Positions 23,617-37,999 of a stretch of DNA of 64,000 bases are shown here, one piece after another. Position numbers and translations under genes: made by a program. The stretch's first letter is position 1. Each line of letters opens with the position of its first letter. Origin of the DNA: Octopus bimaculoides (Eukaryota); assembly GCF_001194135.2 (NCBI RefSeq), contig NC_068984.1:46813103-46877102 (forward strand). The letters are read 5' to 3'. The notes beneath the pieces were generated by a model. The model worked only from the letters and a program-made list of their open reading frames with translations, did not search any database and was not told where the DNA came from.

Positions 23617-23812
23617 TTCTTTTATTGTTTCAGACATTTGACTGCAGCCATGCTGGAATACCCCCTTTTGTCGAATTAATTGATCCCAGCAGTTATTCTT
23701 TGTATGCTCAGTATTTATTCTATCGGTCTGTTTTGCGAAACCACTAGGCTCTGGTGACTGAAACACACCAGCATCGGTTGTGGGTGGTCAGACACAGACA
23801 TACAAATACACT

Positions 23813-23873
<61 letters not shown>

Positions 23874-24000
23874 GAGGAGCTTCTTTTAGTTTCCATCTAC
23901 CAAATCCACTCATAAGGTTTGGTCGGCCCAAGGCTGTAAAAAGCACTTACCCAAGGTGCCACGCAGTGGAACTGAACCTGGAAACATGTGGTTGGGAAGC
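23617..24000 (-). mobile_element. SINE family A, cut by the gap
   Basis: Reverse complement of tail, internal (CA)(TA) repeat, then head (CCCAAGGTGCCACGCAGTGGAACTGAACC). Confidence 0.9.
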
Positions 24001-24804
24001 NNNNNNNNNNNNNNNNNNNNNNNNNNNNNNNNNNNNNNNNNNNNNNNNNNNNNNNNNNNNNNNNNNNNNNNNNNNNNNNNNNNNNNNNNNNNNNNNNNNN
24101 NNNNNNNNNNNNNNNNNNNNNNNNNNNNNNNNNNNNNNNNNNNNNNNNNNNNNNNNNNNNNNNNNNNNNNNNNNNNNNNNNNNNNNNNNNNNNNNNNNNN
24201 NNNNNNNNNNNNNNNNNNNNNNNNNNNNNNNNNNNNNNNNNNNNNNNNNNNNNNNNNNNNNNNNNNNNNNNNNNNNNNNNNNNNNNNNNNNNNNNNNNNN
24301 NNNNNNNNNNNNNNNNNNNNNNNNNNNNNNNNNNNNNNNNNNNNNNNNNNNNNNNNNNNNNNNNNNNNNNNNNNNNNNNNNNNNNNNNNNNNNNNNNNNN
24401 NNNNNNNNNNNNNNNNNNNNNNNNNNNNNNNNNNNNNNNNNNNNNNNNNNNNNNNNNNNNNNNNNNNNNNNNNNNNNNNNNNNNNNNNNNNNNNNNNNNN
24501 NNNNNNNNNNNNNNNNNNNNNNNNNNNNNNNNNNNNNNNNNNNNNNNNNNNNNNNNNNNNNNNNNNNNNNNNNNNNNNNNNNNNNNNNNNNNNNNNNNNN
24601 NNNNNNNNNNNNNNNNNNNNNNNNNNNNNNNNNNNNNNNNNNNNNNNNNNNNNNNNNNNNNNNNNNNNNNNNNNNNNNNNNNNNNNNNNNNNNNNNNNNN
24701 NNNNNNNNNNNNNNNNNNNNNNNNNNNNNNNNNNNNNNNNNNNNNNTATATATATATATATATATATATACTATATATTGGTATATATATATATATGTAT
24801 ATTG

Positions 24805-24846
<42 letters not shown>

Positions 24847-25083
24847 GCATATACTGTATACAGGTGTATATAATTATATATATGCATGCATGTATGTATT
24901 TATCAATATTTATGTAGGCAGCTGTTCCGGTTATCTCTCAACTACATTGCCTTATGACATTACACACACACACACACTTGCACAGACACACTCACACACA
25001 CCATATACGTGTGAGTGTGTGTTTCTCTTTGTGTGTGTGTGTGTGTGTGCGTGTCTGTGTGTGTATTTGTGTGTGTGTGTTTA

Positions 25084-25950
25084 TACGTGGTCTAAATAAG
25101 AATCGATACTGTTGTCATAGTAACGATGCTAAAGTATGCAGATTAGAGTCGTTTGTACGGCTGTGCGTGCGTACTAAGTTGTATCGTTCTATCTCACTTC
25201 CACCGTTTACATCAGTGCTTGGTAGAAATGTATGTAGCGTGTGACAGTTGCATTGACCATGATAAATTTGAGCAGAGAATTTGCATTAAAGTTTGCCAAA
25301 AGCTTGGCGATACCTGCTCAGAGGGCTAAGCAAAGTTTTCAAAAACTTTTCATCGTTCTCGACACAATCAAGTAGATCCTGTACAACTAAGTGTTCTTTT
25401 GGTCAGCTGAAAGCAGTTTTGGCGCAAATTTGGCAGACACGCGTCTCATACCCAAATCTTGAGTGATAATGGATTGAACTGAACCGTAATTAATCTGCAC
25501 ATCCTATGATGACTCAACGATTGTGATGCAACGGTCTACCCACTCAGCTGTATCCACATCTGCGATGTTTTTCTCAGTTCTGTTGGTTGCGGGTCTCCCT
25601 GAATATTTGTGAATATGGACTTTTTTTTCAGCTATCTTGGAAACGTCTGACCCACTCTTACGCTTGTGTGCGGCTCATACACTCCTCTCCATACACTTTC
25701 GGCAACTTTGTGTAGGCCTCTGGGCAGGTATCACCATGACAGCTTTCTCTGTCATTGTCAATGCGACAGTCATACGCTACACACCTTCCTTCAAGCATTG
25801 ATGTAAACAGCGGAAATGAGTTAGAGCGTGAAGTCTTAGTGTGTATGGACAGCAGAGTCCAAGGTCAATTTGAGCCAAATGGCTTTGTTCTGCGTTCTTT
25901 AGCATCGTTACTATGGCAACAGTCCGGATACTTATTGATCTGACATTCTA
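25084..25950. mobile_element. Non-autonomous mariner derivative built from two inward-facing 5' ends
   Basis: Both ends carry AATAAG.ATC...ACTGTTG.CATAGTAACGATGCTAAAG in inverted orientation, with TA-type termini. The plus arm encodes EQRICIK..QKLGDTCSE. The minus arm encodes GDTCPEAYTKL..MSRTQ..SGRP..DLGMRRVSAKFAPKLLSADQK. Confidence 0.85.
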
Positions 25951-27635
25951 CATACCTCCTAAAAACTAGTGAGGCTTGGGACAAAACAGAATATATGTTT
26001 TATTGGATGCATGTTTTGGATAAAAGGGTTGATAGTCAGGCATCCCGTATTGAGATTTTCTTCCTAAGTGGTCTGATACTGATTCTGATTCTGTGAACTG
26101 TATATTCTTACATACACGACCCTGACTACACGTCGTGTCCTCACTCATAGCATTCTTTTCACGTAACTTCTGTCTACTCGTAGTTACTGTGATGTTCACA
26201 CACTTGCATGCTCACCACAATCACAGATATTCTGACAAACATCCACAGTGAATAAGAATACAGGTACTGCAAAACTTGCGGAGACAGTATATTTTGACAA
26301 CCTATCTTCCTAGTTTATGGTTGTTTGTCAACTGGCATGCATTTAATTATGCTTCGATGAATTCAATTGTGCTTTAATTTTTATATATCACTTTTCAAAT
26401 TTAATCTACATTAAAGGTCTTCTTCACCTGCTAATTTATCCGATCATTTGCTTATTATCATGTTCCTACAATTAATCATATATTTTGTTGCACCGTAATT
26501 TTTATCCTATGTTCCCTATTCCTCCTCATGTTCGGCTCATTTTGTCTGCACGCTTTAACGACTGCTAATATATGATGTTATCACTTCGTTTCTTTGTTTC
26601 CCTCTGTTTTCTTCACATTTATATTTACCTTGTTTCGTTTATTCCTTCCTTTCATTTACACCTTCTCGTTTTTGCTTCCTCTACGTCATCATAATCATCA
26701 TAATCATCACATCATCAACAACTACGTTTTCCTTCCCATTCATTCTTTCTCCTTTTGTCTTTCTGCTTCATCATTATTACTATAGTATTACCATTTTTAT
26801 AATTTATTTCTTATACTTCTACATTTTCACTTTCTTTATCTTTGTTTTTATGGCATTCTATCGTCTCCCGCTTGTATGTCTATTTTGTTTGCACTTTCAT
26901 CATCCAATATTCATCATCAACATCCTCATCGTGAGTGGCATCAGCACCACAGCACCAACAGCATCTTCATACACTTCACTTTCGTATATTTTCTACATAT
27001 TTACACAACCAGACACTATCCGTCAGAGAAAATTCCTTAGAAACTAAACTTGGACACATTATAAAAACTAACAAAGGCAAAGTGAAACTAAATAAAAAGA
27101 CAGAAAGAAAATTGTAAACGTAAACGTAAGGCATTTGGGATTTCAGTATACAAAGAAACATGATATTAAATTATAGGAAAAGAAAGAGAAAAACATCGAC
27201 GCGGTTAAATGGATCAAACAGCTTCACATCTTGCTCAAGTTTATTAATTTGTGTATTTGACTTGTTAACGATATTGGCATGTGCAATATTTTCTCACTTT
27301 TAATCTGATTTATTGTAGAAGTTATGTATAGTATGCATAAACAATTATATAGTTTCACAGAGCCATTGTATACTTTAAAGTACTGAATAAATATTTCTCT
27401 TTCTGTAGTATAAAAAAGAGCCAACAAATATGAGGCATACCAAAGAAAAGTTGTTGGTAGCTTCTCTCGTGTCGGAATTATATATTACTTTACTTCTTTC
27501 ATGCGTTCCAGCTCAGAGGACGTGGCCATGCTAAAGCGTGTCTATTGAACTGAACACTTCGGGCAGGACATAGATACATGTGAGAGAGTGTGCACATGTA
27601 TAGCGCACATTTGAATGTATTATATATATACATAT

Positions 27636-27798
27636 AAGCGCAGAATTGGCTGTGTTGTAAGAAGTTTACTTTCCAGTCACATGGTTCCGGATTCAGTCAC
27701 AGTTTTTAAATTTGGGCAAGTGTTTTCTATAATAAACTCGAGCCGACCAAAGCTTTGTGAGAAGATTTAGTAGACAGAAACTGAAAGAAGCCCATCGT
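27636..27798 (+). mobile_element. SINE family A, 5' half only
   Basis: AAGCGCAGAATTGGCTGTGTTGTAAG...CTGAAAGAAGCCCATCG. Confidence 0.8.
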
Positions 27799-29272
27799 GT
27801 ACATATATGTGTGTGAGTGTGTGTGTATGTGTGTGTGCGCGCACACACACACACACACACACATGCACGTACACAGAACACACACACACAAATAATGTGC
27901 TTATACACACATACGTATATTTATTTACACCCTCATTTATTCAGAAATCATTTTTCACCTTGTTCTACACAATAGGATGGTGGTGGTGCAACATGAGTAG
28001 AAGACATCGGCAAGTGCAACGGTTTCATCAAGACCTAGCTGTTTTCGATATATAGTTGCATATGTTGTCGACTAACAGATGAATGCGTAACGTTTTAATG
28101 AATTGTTTTTTTTTTTTCTGGTTGGAGGAATAGCATCAAGATTGGTTTCGTAAAGCATTTGTATCTCAAATATTCTTTTGTCATGCTTGCATTAGGTTCT
28201 TGAGACTGAGTTTCCAAGCTCCTTTGTTATGCATGATAGCCGGTTTCTTGTGTGTTCGTATGCTAGTTAAGTGGAACTAGACTGTCATTACTGACGTTAA
28301 TGCGGATAATTACTGTCTGCACTTCTTTATTTCATGTTTTTCAGTATGTAAATTATAGAAAGGTGTGTCAATTATCATAGACTCGCTCGTTTAAATTCTT
28401 TGTTATTTCTATNNNNNNNNNNNNNNNNNNNNNNNNNNNNNNNNNNNNNNNNNNNNNNNNNNNNNNNNNNNNNNNNNNNNNNNNNNNNNNNNNNNNNNNN
28501 NNNNNNNNNNNNNNNNNNNNNNNNNNNNNNNNNNNNNNNNNNNNNNNNNNNNNNNNNNNNNNNNNNNNNNNNNNNNNNNNNNNNNNNNNNNNNNNNNNNN
28601 NNNNNNNNNNNNNNNNNNNNNNNNNNNNNNNNNNNNNNNNNNNNNNNNNNNNNNNNNNNNNNNNNNNNNNNNNNNNNNNNNNNNNNNNNNNNNNNNNNNN
28701 NNNNNNNNNNNNNNNNNNNNNNNNNNNNNNNNNNNNNNNNNNNNNNNNNNNNNNNNNNNNNNNNNNNNNNNNNNNNNNNNNNNNNNNNNNNNNNNNNNNN
28801 NNNNNNNNNNNNNNNNNNNNNNNNNNNNNNNNNNNNNNNNNNNNNNNNNNNNNNNNNNNNNNNNNNNNNNNNNNNNNNNNNNNNNNNNNNNNNNNNNNNN
28901 NNNNNNNNNNNNNNNNNNNNNNNNNNNNNNNNNNNNNNNNNNNNNNNNNNNNNNNNNNNNNNNNNNNNNNNNNNNNNNNNNNNNNNNNNNNNNNNNNNNN
29001 NNNNNNNNNNNNNNNNNNNNNNNNNNNNNNNNNNNNNNNNNNNNNNNNNNNNNNNNNNNNNNNNNNNNNNNNNNNNNNNNNNNNNNNNNNNNNNNNNNNN
29101 NNNNNNNNNNNNNNNNNNNNNNNNNNNNNNNNNNNNNNNNNNNNNNNNNNNNNNNNNNNNNNNNNNNNNNNNNNNNNNNTATATATATATATTTATATAT
29201 ATATATACATATATATGCATTTATATATATATATATATATATATACATACATTTATATATATATATACACAT

Positions 29273-29311
<39 letters not shown>

Positions 29312-29619
29312 CATACATACATACATATATACATACATACTTATGTACATACATACATACTACATACTCAGACTCAGAGACACACCCACACCCACATATA
29401 AAATAAGAAGATAGGAAGAACATGCTGTAATCACAAGTCACAATAACACTTTCTGTGCACTGTTAACAGCTGTGCGTTGATGAATTTTCCATATCATACT
29501 ATTATATAAATATATAAATATCAGCTGGCGTTGGCCATGTACCTGCACGTCGTCAGGTGAATGGCGTTGCAAGGATACACTTCCGGATTTCCACATATAT
29601 ATCCAGTAAAATGAATGAG

Positions 29620-29960
29620 TCTCCTCCATGATAACATATGGTAGCCGATAATAGTATAGAAACTTTGAAAAAATGTATTTACTCTCTTGTGCGAAAGCGC
29701 GACGGACATGTAATAATCTACATATGTAAAACTCTAGAAGGGCTAGTACCCAATTTCGACTTTGAATTTTATACAAATGCCAGAACTGAATGCCATTTGT
29801 GTTATACCAAGGTACCATTCACTCAAAGGCTCACAGCTATACCATACCACAAAAATTAAGAAACCTACATAATATGGAAGAGCATGTGTTCAACAAAAGC
29901 ACTAGATGTCCTATTCATAATACCGGATGAACCAATGATCCGACATGAGTGCAGTGGAAT
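29620..29960 (+). mobile_element. Decayed L2/CR1-type LINE C-terminal fragment
   Basis: LKKCIYSLVRKRDGHVIIYICKTLEGLVPNF..YTNART and LDVLFIIPDEP match the recalled pattern L..L.LYSLERRRERY.IIY.WK.LEGLVPN...PDEP. Confidence 0.7.
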
Positions 29961-30595
29961 CAGACTCTTTTATACACCAAATAGGCTATTATCATATTCT
30001 ATTATCATAACAATTTGGATATTTAAAAATAAAATATAGATATTTTGAAATAATTACGAGAATATATCTTTATATTTGTTCTTTACTAATCTGAAAAATT
30101 CAACAGCAGTAACCCGGACAACGTCAGGTGATTGAGGTTATGTGTTTATATATATATATAATGAGAAGCACAGCTATTTAAATCCTTGCAAAAATATCTG
30201 AGGAATCTTCACAGAAGGTGGGTAGATGTTTTCAAGAAACAACTCGATCTCCTATATCAGGGTAAAATAGTCAAAAGCGGGCAACTATGTCGAACTCACT
30301 CTTTCACCAAAAGCCAATTACATAAGAATGGCAACTGAAAAGGTGATTACATTGGCGATGCTACAGCATATGTGCTGAAACATATAATAATAAAAGATAT
30401 ATAAATATATATATATNNNNNNNNNNNNNNNNNNNNNNNNNNNNNNNNNNNNNNNNNNNNNNNNNNNNNNNNNNNNNNNNNNNNNNNNNNNNNNNNNNNN
30501 NNNNNNNNNNNNNNNNNNNNNNNNNNNNNNNNNNNNNNNNNNNNNNNNNNNNNNNNNNNNNNNNNNNNNNNNNNNNNNNNNNNNNNNNNNNNNNN

Positions 30596-30645
<50 letters not shown>

Positions 30646-32856
30646 CATAATATATTTATATGTGTATGTATAATTAGATGCAGCTATATAGATGAATATA
30701 AAAATGCCTAGATTGATAAATAGTTTGTTTGTAGCATGGCTAGATTGTTTCGAGAGAGATATTAGAATTCATCATTCAGTTATATATTTAGAACCATCTA
30801 ATTATGTATGATATCATAGTATATTGACAAGAACTATTGATGTTCGTGTATATAGCTAAATAAAATAGGAAACACTATCAGCGCTGAATCATAATTTTTA
30901 GCAGTAGATTATGCCGCCAAATTGCCAAGAATCGTTTCCATAACTACGAAAGTGGAAAACTGTAAAAGTATTCCGATAAATCTACATCCATAAGTATTCC
31001 TATTGCCAAGTAATAAAAGATTATGTCAGCACGTTTTCCATTTACATCATGCACATGTATGGTACACCGAGGCTGCAACCGGTAATTACCTGTCATATAT
31101 TCCAAGTTACTTTCGTATTTAATAAATTCTGTTTAATAACTTTTACCAATCGCATACTTGAAACTATGATCAAACCACTATACATCAATTTCTATTCACG
31201 TCTACATTCTATACACTTACAACCATTACAACTGAGGGCATTTTTTTTCTTCCAGTTTTCCCATAATTCTTTTGCCATTACCTGATAATAATTCCAATAG
31301 AAATTGCCTTGTTTTCCATGGAAATTATTACCTGAAAACCAAATATCACTGTAAAGAGTATTATGCGCTTTCATAGACAATCGCATTTGTCATATCTATC
31401 ACTTCCATTTGAAATTTTGCAAAAGTCCCATTATTTTCGTCTAAATAATGCCTTGCTAAAATCACAGATATAATACCCTTACTTCCAACAATGAAGTAAA
31501 TTCACTTAATAATTATAATATTTCAAAGCGTTATAGAGTGGTTGAGTTGAAAAGTGAGGTTCACAATACCCTGTTTTCGTGACGAACATTTACTCTCTGA
31601 GCTGCAATCAAAGCGCGGCAGATTGAAACTACCATTTTTTCGTAATGTATGAAATAAATACCAGCTTAATACTTGGTTAATACGATGAGCTATATCCATA
31701 TCCCTCACTAAAGAATTAGTGTCCTTATCAAATACGTCAAATGCATCTCATAATATCAACTTTATTGCTAAAGCGATGAAAGCTGCAACTTTTAACAATG
31801 TATAACAAAAGTCAACCTGATGTTCAACTCCTAAGTGGCTAATTCGATTTTCCATTTGATAATAATCCATTTCAATACTTATACCCAAAATGTTATAATC
31901 TCATTTCCCGCATATTCCGATATTTGACTAGCGACTGTTAACAATTTTCACGACTCCTATGACTTTATATTTTATATTATCTTATTTTTATATTTTTACA
32001 TTTTATTTCTTGAAACCCTCGTATTCAAATACATTATTATTCCTGTATTTTTTATAACAAAAACATGTGCTGTCTCCGTACGCATTTATACATCGTCTAT
32101 TTCATTTGTACAATTTGTATCATCTACATTTTTGTATACTAAGGAGTTTTTGTATATGAATCTTTTTTTAAACAGTAAATTTTAAGCTTAAAATTTCATA
32201 CACTAGTTTTATGCTTATTTAATACACCAGTTTTATATTTAATTAAGCTACTATGTAGCTTAAATATCTTAATAGTGAAAATAAATCTCGGAATTTAGAT
32301 ACTTTAAATTTCTTCTTAGTTAATATTAATTTTTTAAAAATCTTAATCCTTTAATTTCTTATTCTTTTCATTTTTCTTTAACTCTTTAATGATTAGCGCA
32401 ACAGTTAGCTCACACAAATCAGCATGAACAAAACAGAAACCATTGTGGAGTAATATTTATCCCCATCTAAATATTGATTTTCTGCTAGAACAAACCATAA
32501 TACGATAGATATTATGAGAGAAACTCTCATATTGTCTTTTGGTGCAAAATGCACTCTTCTTTATATCGCTTACGGGGAATATAATTCTCCGCTACCTCCA
32601 GCGCATTGACTACCAAGTCACGTGATCTCAACTGTCTTTGGTCTTGTCCATAAGGGACGCTTGACTGCTAAAGATAACAGCTACTCATCTAAGCGCCAAG
32701 GATATGTAGAAAAAGAGTGCCTGCCAGAACAGGTGCTGGAGTACGAAATAGAAACCATTAATTACATAACCGTAGTCTTGAGGCAGAACGATAATGAAAC
32801 AGATGTAACTGGTATTAAGCTTATGCAATATTTATGTTTTCATATTTGCGTCTGTG

Positions 32857-32896
<40 letters not shown>

Positions 32897-33755
32897 TGCG
32901 CGCGCGCGAGCTTTTGTGTGAATATATGACTGTGTGTGCCTATGTCTGTGTATGCATAGGGGCAGGTGTTTCGATTGATTTGTTTTATTGGCAAGTTAAT
33001 GAGATAATTTCCTCCTAGTTGATTGTATATTTCTGGAGTAGCATTCACCGGAAATCTATAGTGAAGCTTCCTCCGAATGACATCTAGCATACTCTGCCAT
33101 GCGAAGGATAATTTTGCTGTTCCTGTTGCTTTTTATGTTACTACTCCTGAGTATGTATGATAGTGGGATGTATTTCATATTTACATGTGTTATCAGCATA
33201 AAGAAGAGCGCAGATCTAATGACTATTATGCAAGTTTAACCGCGCTTTCAGTGTTTAATTTTGTTAGACGATTCATTCTCATTTGACAGTTCTTTCTTTT
33301 TAAATCTGAAATAAATAAGCTATAAATCACCAAATGTGCATGATATATTTTAAAATATAGTAGCTATTCAGCAAAATGTTTACGAAGCTGTATAGAATAA
33401 GGGGCCCAGCATTGAAACATAATGATACGACTATAGTAGATTTGAACCAAGATACAAATTTCTTCACTCCATTATTTCCAAACATACTATAGAAAATAAC
33501 CTGTTACAATGAAGTAAATACCTACCTAATATATTAAAATGCGTTTCTTTATCTATTACTAGTAAAACAACTTAAGACATATGTTTTGTGATATGTTTAA
33601 AACCTACTATTTTAGTCAAAGTTAAATCTACAGGAACGTTCTGCTTTCAATCACAAATAAACGAACACACATTCCAGCACACAAATACACACTCAGACAA
33701 TTACACGCACATATATATATATATATATGTATGTGTGTATGTGTGTGTGTGTGTA

Positions 33756-33793
<38 letters not shown>

Positions 33794-35911
33794 TATTTGT
33801 GTGTGTGTGTGTGTGTGAGTGTATGTGCGTGAGTGTATGTGTTTGTGTATGTNNNNNNNNNNNNNNNNNNNNNNNNNNNNNNNNNNNNNNNNNNNNNNNN
33901 NNNNNNNNNNNNNNNNNNNNNNNNNNNNNNNNNNNNNNNNNNNNNNNNNNNNNNNNNNNNNNNNNNNNNNNNNNNNNNNNNNNNNNNNNNNNNNNNNNNN
34001 NNNNNNNNNNNNNNNNNNNNNNNNNNNNNNNNNNNNNNNNNNNNNNNNNNNNNNNNNNNNNNNNNNNNNNNNNNNNNNNNNNNNNNNNNNNNNNNNNNNN
34101 NNNNNNNNNNNNNNNNNNNNNNNNNNNNNNNNNNNNNNNNNNNNNNNNNNNNNNNNNNNNNNNNNNNNNNNNNNNNNNNNNNNNNNNNNNNNNNNNNNNN
34201 NNNNNNNNNNNNNNNNNNNNNNNNNNNNNNNNNNNNNNNNNNNNNNNNNNNNNNNNNNNNNNNNNNNNNNNNNNNNNNNNNNNNNNNNNNNNNNNNNNNN
34301 NNNNNNNNNNNNNNNNNNNNNNNNNNNNNNNNNNNNNNNNNNNNNNNNNNNNNNNNNNNNNNNNNNNNNNNNNNNNNNNNNNNNNNNNNNNNNNNNNNNN
34401 NNNNNNNNNNNNNNNNNNNNNTATATAAATATACATATACAAATATGTAAATAAGTGGTCTATAAATATATATATTCATTCTTATATGAGTGCAGGCATC
34501 TCTCTCTTTCTTTCTCTGTCTCTCTGTTTCTCTGTATATATATATATATATATGCTTATATATATATATATATATATATATGCTTATATCATCCAATGCA
34601 TTAGAAGTAACTCTGTATGCCTACTCGTATGTGTACTAGTAAATATTAGTATATTTAAAATGCCACAAAGACGCACACATTTCTGTAATGAAATAAAGAT
34701 TGTATTTTAATTTTATAAACCAAAAAAATATAATCTGCAAACAAGAGAAAGGAGGATTTACGAAATATAACAAAATACGGGTATATAAAAGACAAGAAAG
34801 CCGTATTAGAAATGGCAGCAGTGAGTAATCAAATAAATATCATAGAAGGACAAAGGAAACTATAATTCCAAGCATAATTGAGATATATTTTTCAAACTAA
34901 AGAAGTTATGAAGAAGCTGTTATCAAAATATTATTGAAATAAATTTTCTAGGTGTGTCAGTGATGGTAGAGGATTTTACAATATGCAAACACATACACAA
35001 ACGCACACAAAAAATATTCACACTAAACATACTCGAATATATAAATACGGAGTATATTATATTAAATGTTAAATCATTTTTCATACGGTATAACATATAC
35101 TGTTTTTTTTTGGGGGGGGAGGGATATATGACAGTATGAATGAGTGCATACATGTATGCAAGTGTGTAGTCGCACACACGCACACAAACACACACACACA
35201 CATATGCACGTACGCCCACATACGTATATTAAGTTAAGCAAGCATGCAAAAACACATACAGACACATTCACACACAAGGCACACATATGCACATGCATAG
35301 TTATTGTTTAGACACGAGGTTGAAAGGAACTCAATACATGTATATATTGCAAAATATGTTTCTTTCTGTTCACAGCCACTGTTTTATGCATANNNNNNNN
35401 NNNNNNNNNNNNNNNNNNNNNNNNNNNNNNNNNNNNNNNNNNNNNNNNNNNNNNNNNNNNNNNNNNNNNNNNNNNNNNNNNNNNNNNNNNNNNNNNNNNN
35501 NNNNNNNNNNNNNNNNNNNNNNNNNNNNNNNNNNNNNNNNNNNNNNNNNNNNNNNNNNNNNNNNNNNNNNNNNNNNNNNNNNNNNNNNNNNNNNNNNNNN
35601 NNNNNNNNNNNNNNNNNNNNNNNNNNNNNNNNNNNNNNNNNNNNNNNNNNNNNNNNNNNNNNNNNNNNNNNNNNNNNNNNNNNNNNNNNNNNNNNNNNNN
35701 NNNNNNNNNNNNNNNNNNNNNNNNNNNNNNNNNNNNNNNNNNNNNNNNNNNNNNNNNNNNNNNNNNNNNNNNNNNNNNNNNNNNNNNNNNNNNNNNNNNN
35801 NNNNNNNNNNNNNNNNNNNNNNNNNTATTGATAGAAATGGCAAAACAACAAAAGAATGAATGAGACCTCAATATTATGTAAATAGAGGAATTTATCTGTA
35901 AATATGATATG

Positions 35912-36561
35912 TGACAATTATTCGGTAGCCATGATAAAACTCTGCGTTTCGGATGTCGGGGCGGAAACCCACGCCGGCATCTCTTCAGTTATCGGGCCAT
36001 CGAAAAAAATGCTATGAAAATTACCGTTAAAACAAAGGGACATTACTGTGTGATTGACCATTATTAAGACAAAAGAGCTATTAGAATGACCACTAAATAA
36101 GGGCAGGGAGTAAAGTTAAGGGAGTAAAAATGCTCATAGTAATCGCGTAAGTGCGCATGTCCATATATACACATGCGCACCCGCACACCCACGTACATGC
36201 GTCTGGTGGATGAGTATGTACATGTAGGCGCAAGTATGTGGNNNNNNNNNNTGGATGAGTATGTACATGTAGGCGCAAGTATGTGGGCGTGCGGGCGATC
36301 ATGTTTATGCATGGACATGCACGCTTACGCAATTACTATGAACATTTTGCTCATTTACCTTTACTCCCTTCTCTTACTTAGCAGACATTCTAATAGCTCT
36401 TTTGTCTTAATAACGGTCAACCACACAGTAATTTCCCTTTTTTTAACGGTCATTTTCATAGTATTTTTTTCGATGGCCCGATAACTGAAGAGATGCCGGC
36501 TTGAGTTTCCGCCCTGACATCTGAAACTCGGAGATTTATCATGGCTACCGAATAATTGTCA
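35912..36561. mobile_element. Foldback/MITE with about 280-bp well-conserved inverted arms
   Basis: TGACAATTATTCGGTAGCCATGATAAA...GCCGGCATCTCTTCAGTTATCGGGCCATCGAAAAAA mirrored by TTTTTCGATGGCCCGATAACTGAAGAGATGCCGGC...TTTATCATGGCTACCGAATAATTGTCA. Confidence 0.92.
36207..36286. other. Assembly artefact: 35-nt flank duplicated across a 10-N gap
   Basis: TGGATGAGTATGTACATGTAGGCGCAAGTATGTGG occurs identically on both sides of N36242-36251. Confidence 0.85.
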
Positions 36562-36567
36562 TATTAT

Positions 36568-36608
<41 letters not shown>

Positions 36609-37999
36609 NNNNNNNNNNNNNNNNNNNNNNNNNNNNNNNNNNNNNNNNNNNNNNNNNNNNNNNNNNNNNNNNNNNNNNNNNNNNNNNNNNNNNNNNNNNN
36701 NNNNNNNNNNNNNNNNNNNNNNNNNNNNNNNNNNNNNNNNNNNNNNNNNNNNNNNNNNNNNNNNNNNNNNNNNNNNNNNNNNNNNNNNNNNNNNNNNNNN
36801 NNNNNNNNNNNNNNNNNNNNNNNNNNNNNNNNNNNNNNNNNNNNNNNNNNNNNNNNNNNNNNNNNNNNNNNNNNNNNNNNNNNNNNNNNNNNNNNNNNNN
36901 NNNNNNNNNNNNNNNNNNNNNNNNNNNNNNNNNNNNNNNNNNNNNNNNNNNNNNNNNNNNNNNNNNNNNNNNNNNNNNNNNNNNNNNNNNNNNNNNNNNN
37001 NNNNNNNNNNNNNNNNNNNNNNNNNNNNNNNNNNNNNNNNNNNNNNNNNNNNNNNNNNNNNNNNNNNNNNNNNNNNNNNNNNNNNNNNNNNNNNNNNNNN
37101 NNNNNNNNNNNNNNNNNNNNNNNNNNNNNNNNNNNNNNNNNNNNNNNNNNNNNNNNNNNNNNNNNNNNNNNNNNNNNNNNNNNNNNNNNNNNNNNNNNNN
37201 NNNNNNNNNNNNNNNNNNNNNNNNNNNNNNNNNNNNNNNNNNNNNNNNNNNNNNNNNNNNNNNNNNNNNNNNNNNNNNNNNNNNNNNNNNNNNNNNNNNN
37301 NNNNNNNNNNTATTTATTTATATATACACAAAATTAATTTACGAATGTATCATTAATTCTATTATTATCCAATGTAACTATTTTAAGAATGATAATAACA
37401 GAATCAGTGATACAGGCGACATCAGGCCAAAAAAATAACTTTAAATAGCCGAGGGATTAAAATCAATCAAAGGACATACTAAGTATGTCTACCTGCTTGA
37501 AATAACAGTAAAAACTAGTTATTAAATCGCCAAAAAATACACCGGTGATAACAACAGAAATCAAATGAAGGCAAATTCGCTTAAGACAATCTACTTACAT
37601 ACATTTAAGTATTTCGATTCACGTGGACTAGTTTCTGCACTGGCAAAATAAGCCTTAGCTTCTTCAGCACGAATTACCAAAATAAGAGATTCCCAACCTA
37701 TCCTTCTGAAGTCTGTGCCGCTACTGATTCGAGTTAGCTTTCTTTACCTCTGCCGATTTGTATTGTATGGGGTGTAGCATGCATATTTAACATGTAAACA
37801 TAATTCATTACACACTAAACCTATTATTATATGGTGAAGGCTATAATCCTAATTATGACAAGTAGTAAAAAAAATATATTCACCGCCTGAATTTCTTTGT
37901 TTATATATGTGTATATACACGTGTACATATACTCATATATGTATATATGTGAAAGTCTTCGTGTCAGTACGCCGTATCAGTGCCCAGCTGTTACACCTA

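Noticed and set aside
23780-25099. Long ORFs of 200-440 aa here and at 28.4, 33.6, 35.3, 36.5, 38.5 and 47.6-48.8 kb
   Set aside because: They are mostly X from assembly gaps plus dinucleotide-repeat translations.
29438-29818. 126-aa minus-strand ORF as a gene
   Set aside because: The plus strand carries recognisable LINE C-terminal motifs, so the ORF is an antisense shadow.
30100-30125. Helitron 3' hairpin (ACCCGGACAACGTCAGGT)
   Set aside because: The stem is weak and no CTAG terminus follows.
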